A DNA stretch of 7,457 nt, taken from a virus. Its lineage: Duplodnaviria > Heunggongvirae > Uroviricota > Caudoviricetes. Numbering within the stretch: the first letter of the stretch is position 1; every line of letters begins with the position of its first letter. The stretch spans positions 1 to 7,457 of the IMG/VR virus record IMGVR_UViG_2737471865_000004. One strand, written 5' to 3'. Made by a program: the position numbers and the translations under genes. The notes beneath the pieces are model-generated. The model saw nothing but the letters and a program-made list of their open reading frames with translations, was not told where the DNA came from and did no database searches. Of this stretch, positions 7,384-7,457 are shown one piece after another.

Positions 7384-7457
7384 GGAAGGTGCGAACAAGT
7401 CCCTGATATGAGATCATGTTTGTCATCTGGAGCCATGGAACAGGGTTCATCATGAGT

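Larger units (their letters stand above)
3373..7457. mobile_element. Left (int-proximal) end of a phage 186-like / P2-family prophage integrated at ssrA; continues beyond the window
   Basis: Gene order att core - cargo gene - int - repressor (all minus strand), then rightward Cox/Apl-like and CII-like genes, mirrors the 186 arrangement att-int-cI / apl-cII. Int is transcribed toward att as in P2 and 186. The ssrA-derived core at 3373-3417 marks the boundary. Confidence 0.8.

Overview
The window appears to span the distal junction of a phage 186-like (P2-family) prophage integrated at the 3' end of ssrA (tmRNA) in an Enterobacteriaceae, probably E. coli-like, chromosome. Left part (1-3372) is chromosomal flank: the 3' end of an unidentified ORF, then a decayed AIDA-I/Ag43-type autotransporter (ypjA-like by synteny) with no start codon or signal peptide and a frameshift near its 3' end, followed by a hairpin terminator. 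At 3373-3417 the minus strand carries the last ~45 nt of ssrA, read as the att core. Right part (3418-7457) is prophage: an AT-rich orphan gene for a membrane-anchored 327-aa protein, a frameshifted P2/186-type tyrosine integrase, a CI-type repressor, then a switch region with operator-like repeats and rightward Cox/Apl-like and CII-like genes plus one more hypothetical ORF. The best candidate for an undescribed system is the AT-rich gene between int and att, whose start overlaps the int stop; I cannot assign it to any family from sequence alone. All family assignments rest on reading the translated ORFs and on recalled knowledge; no database search was run.
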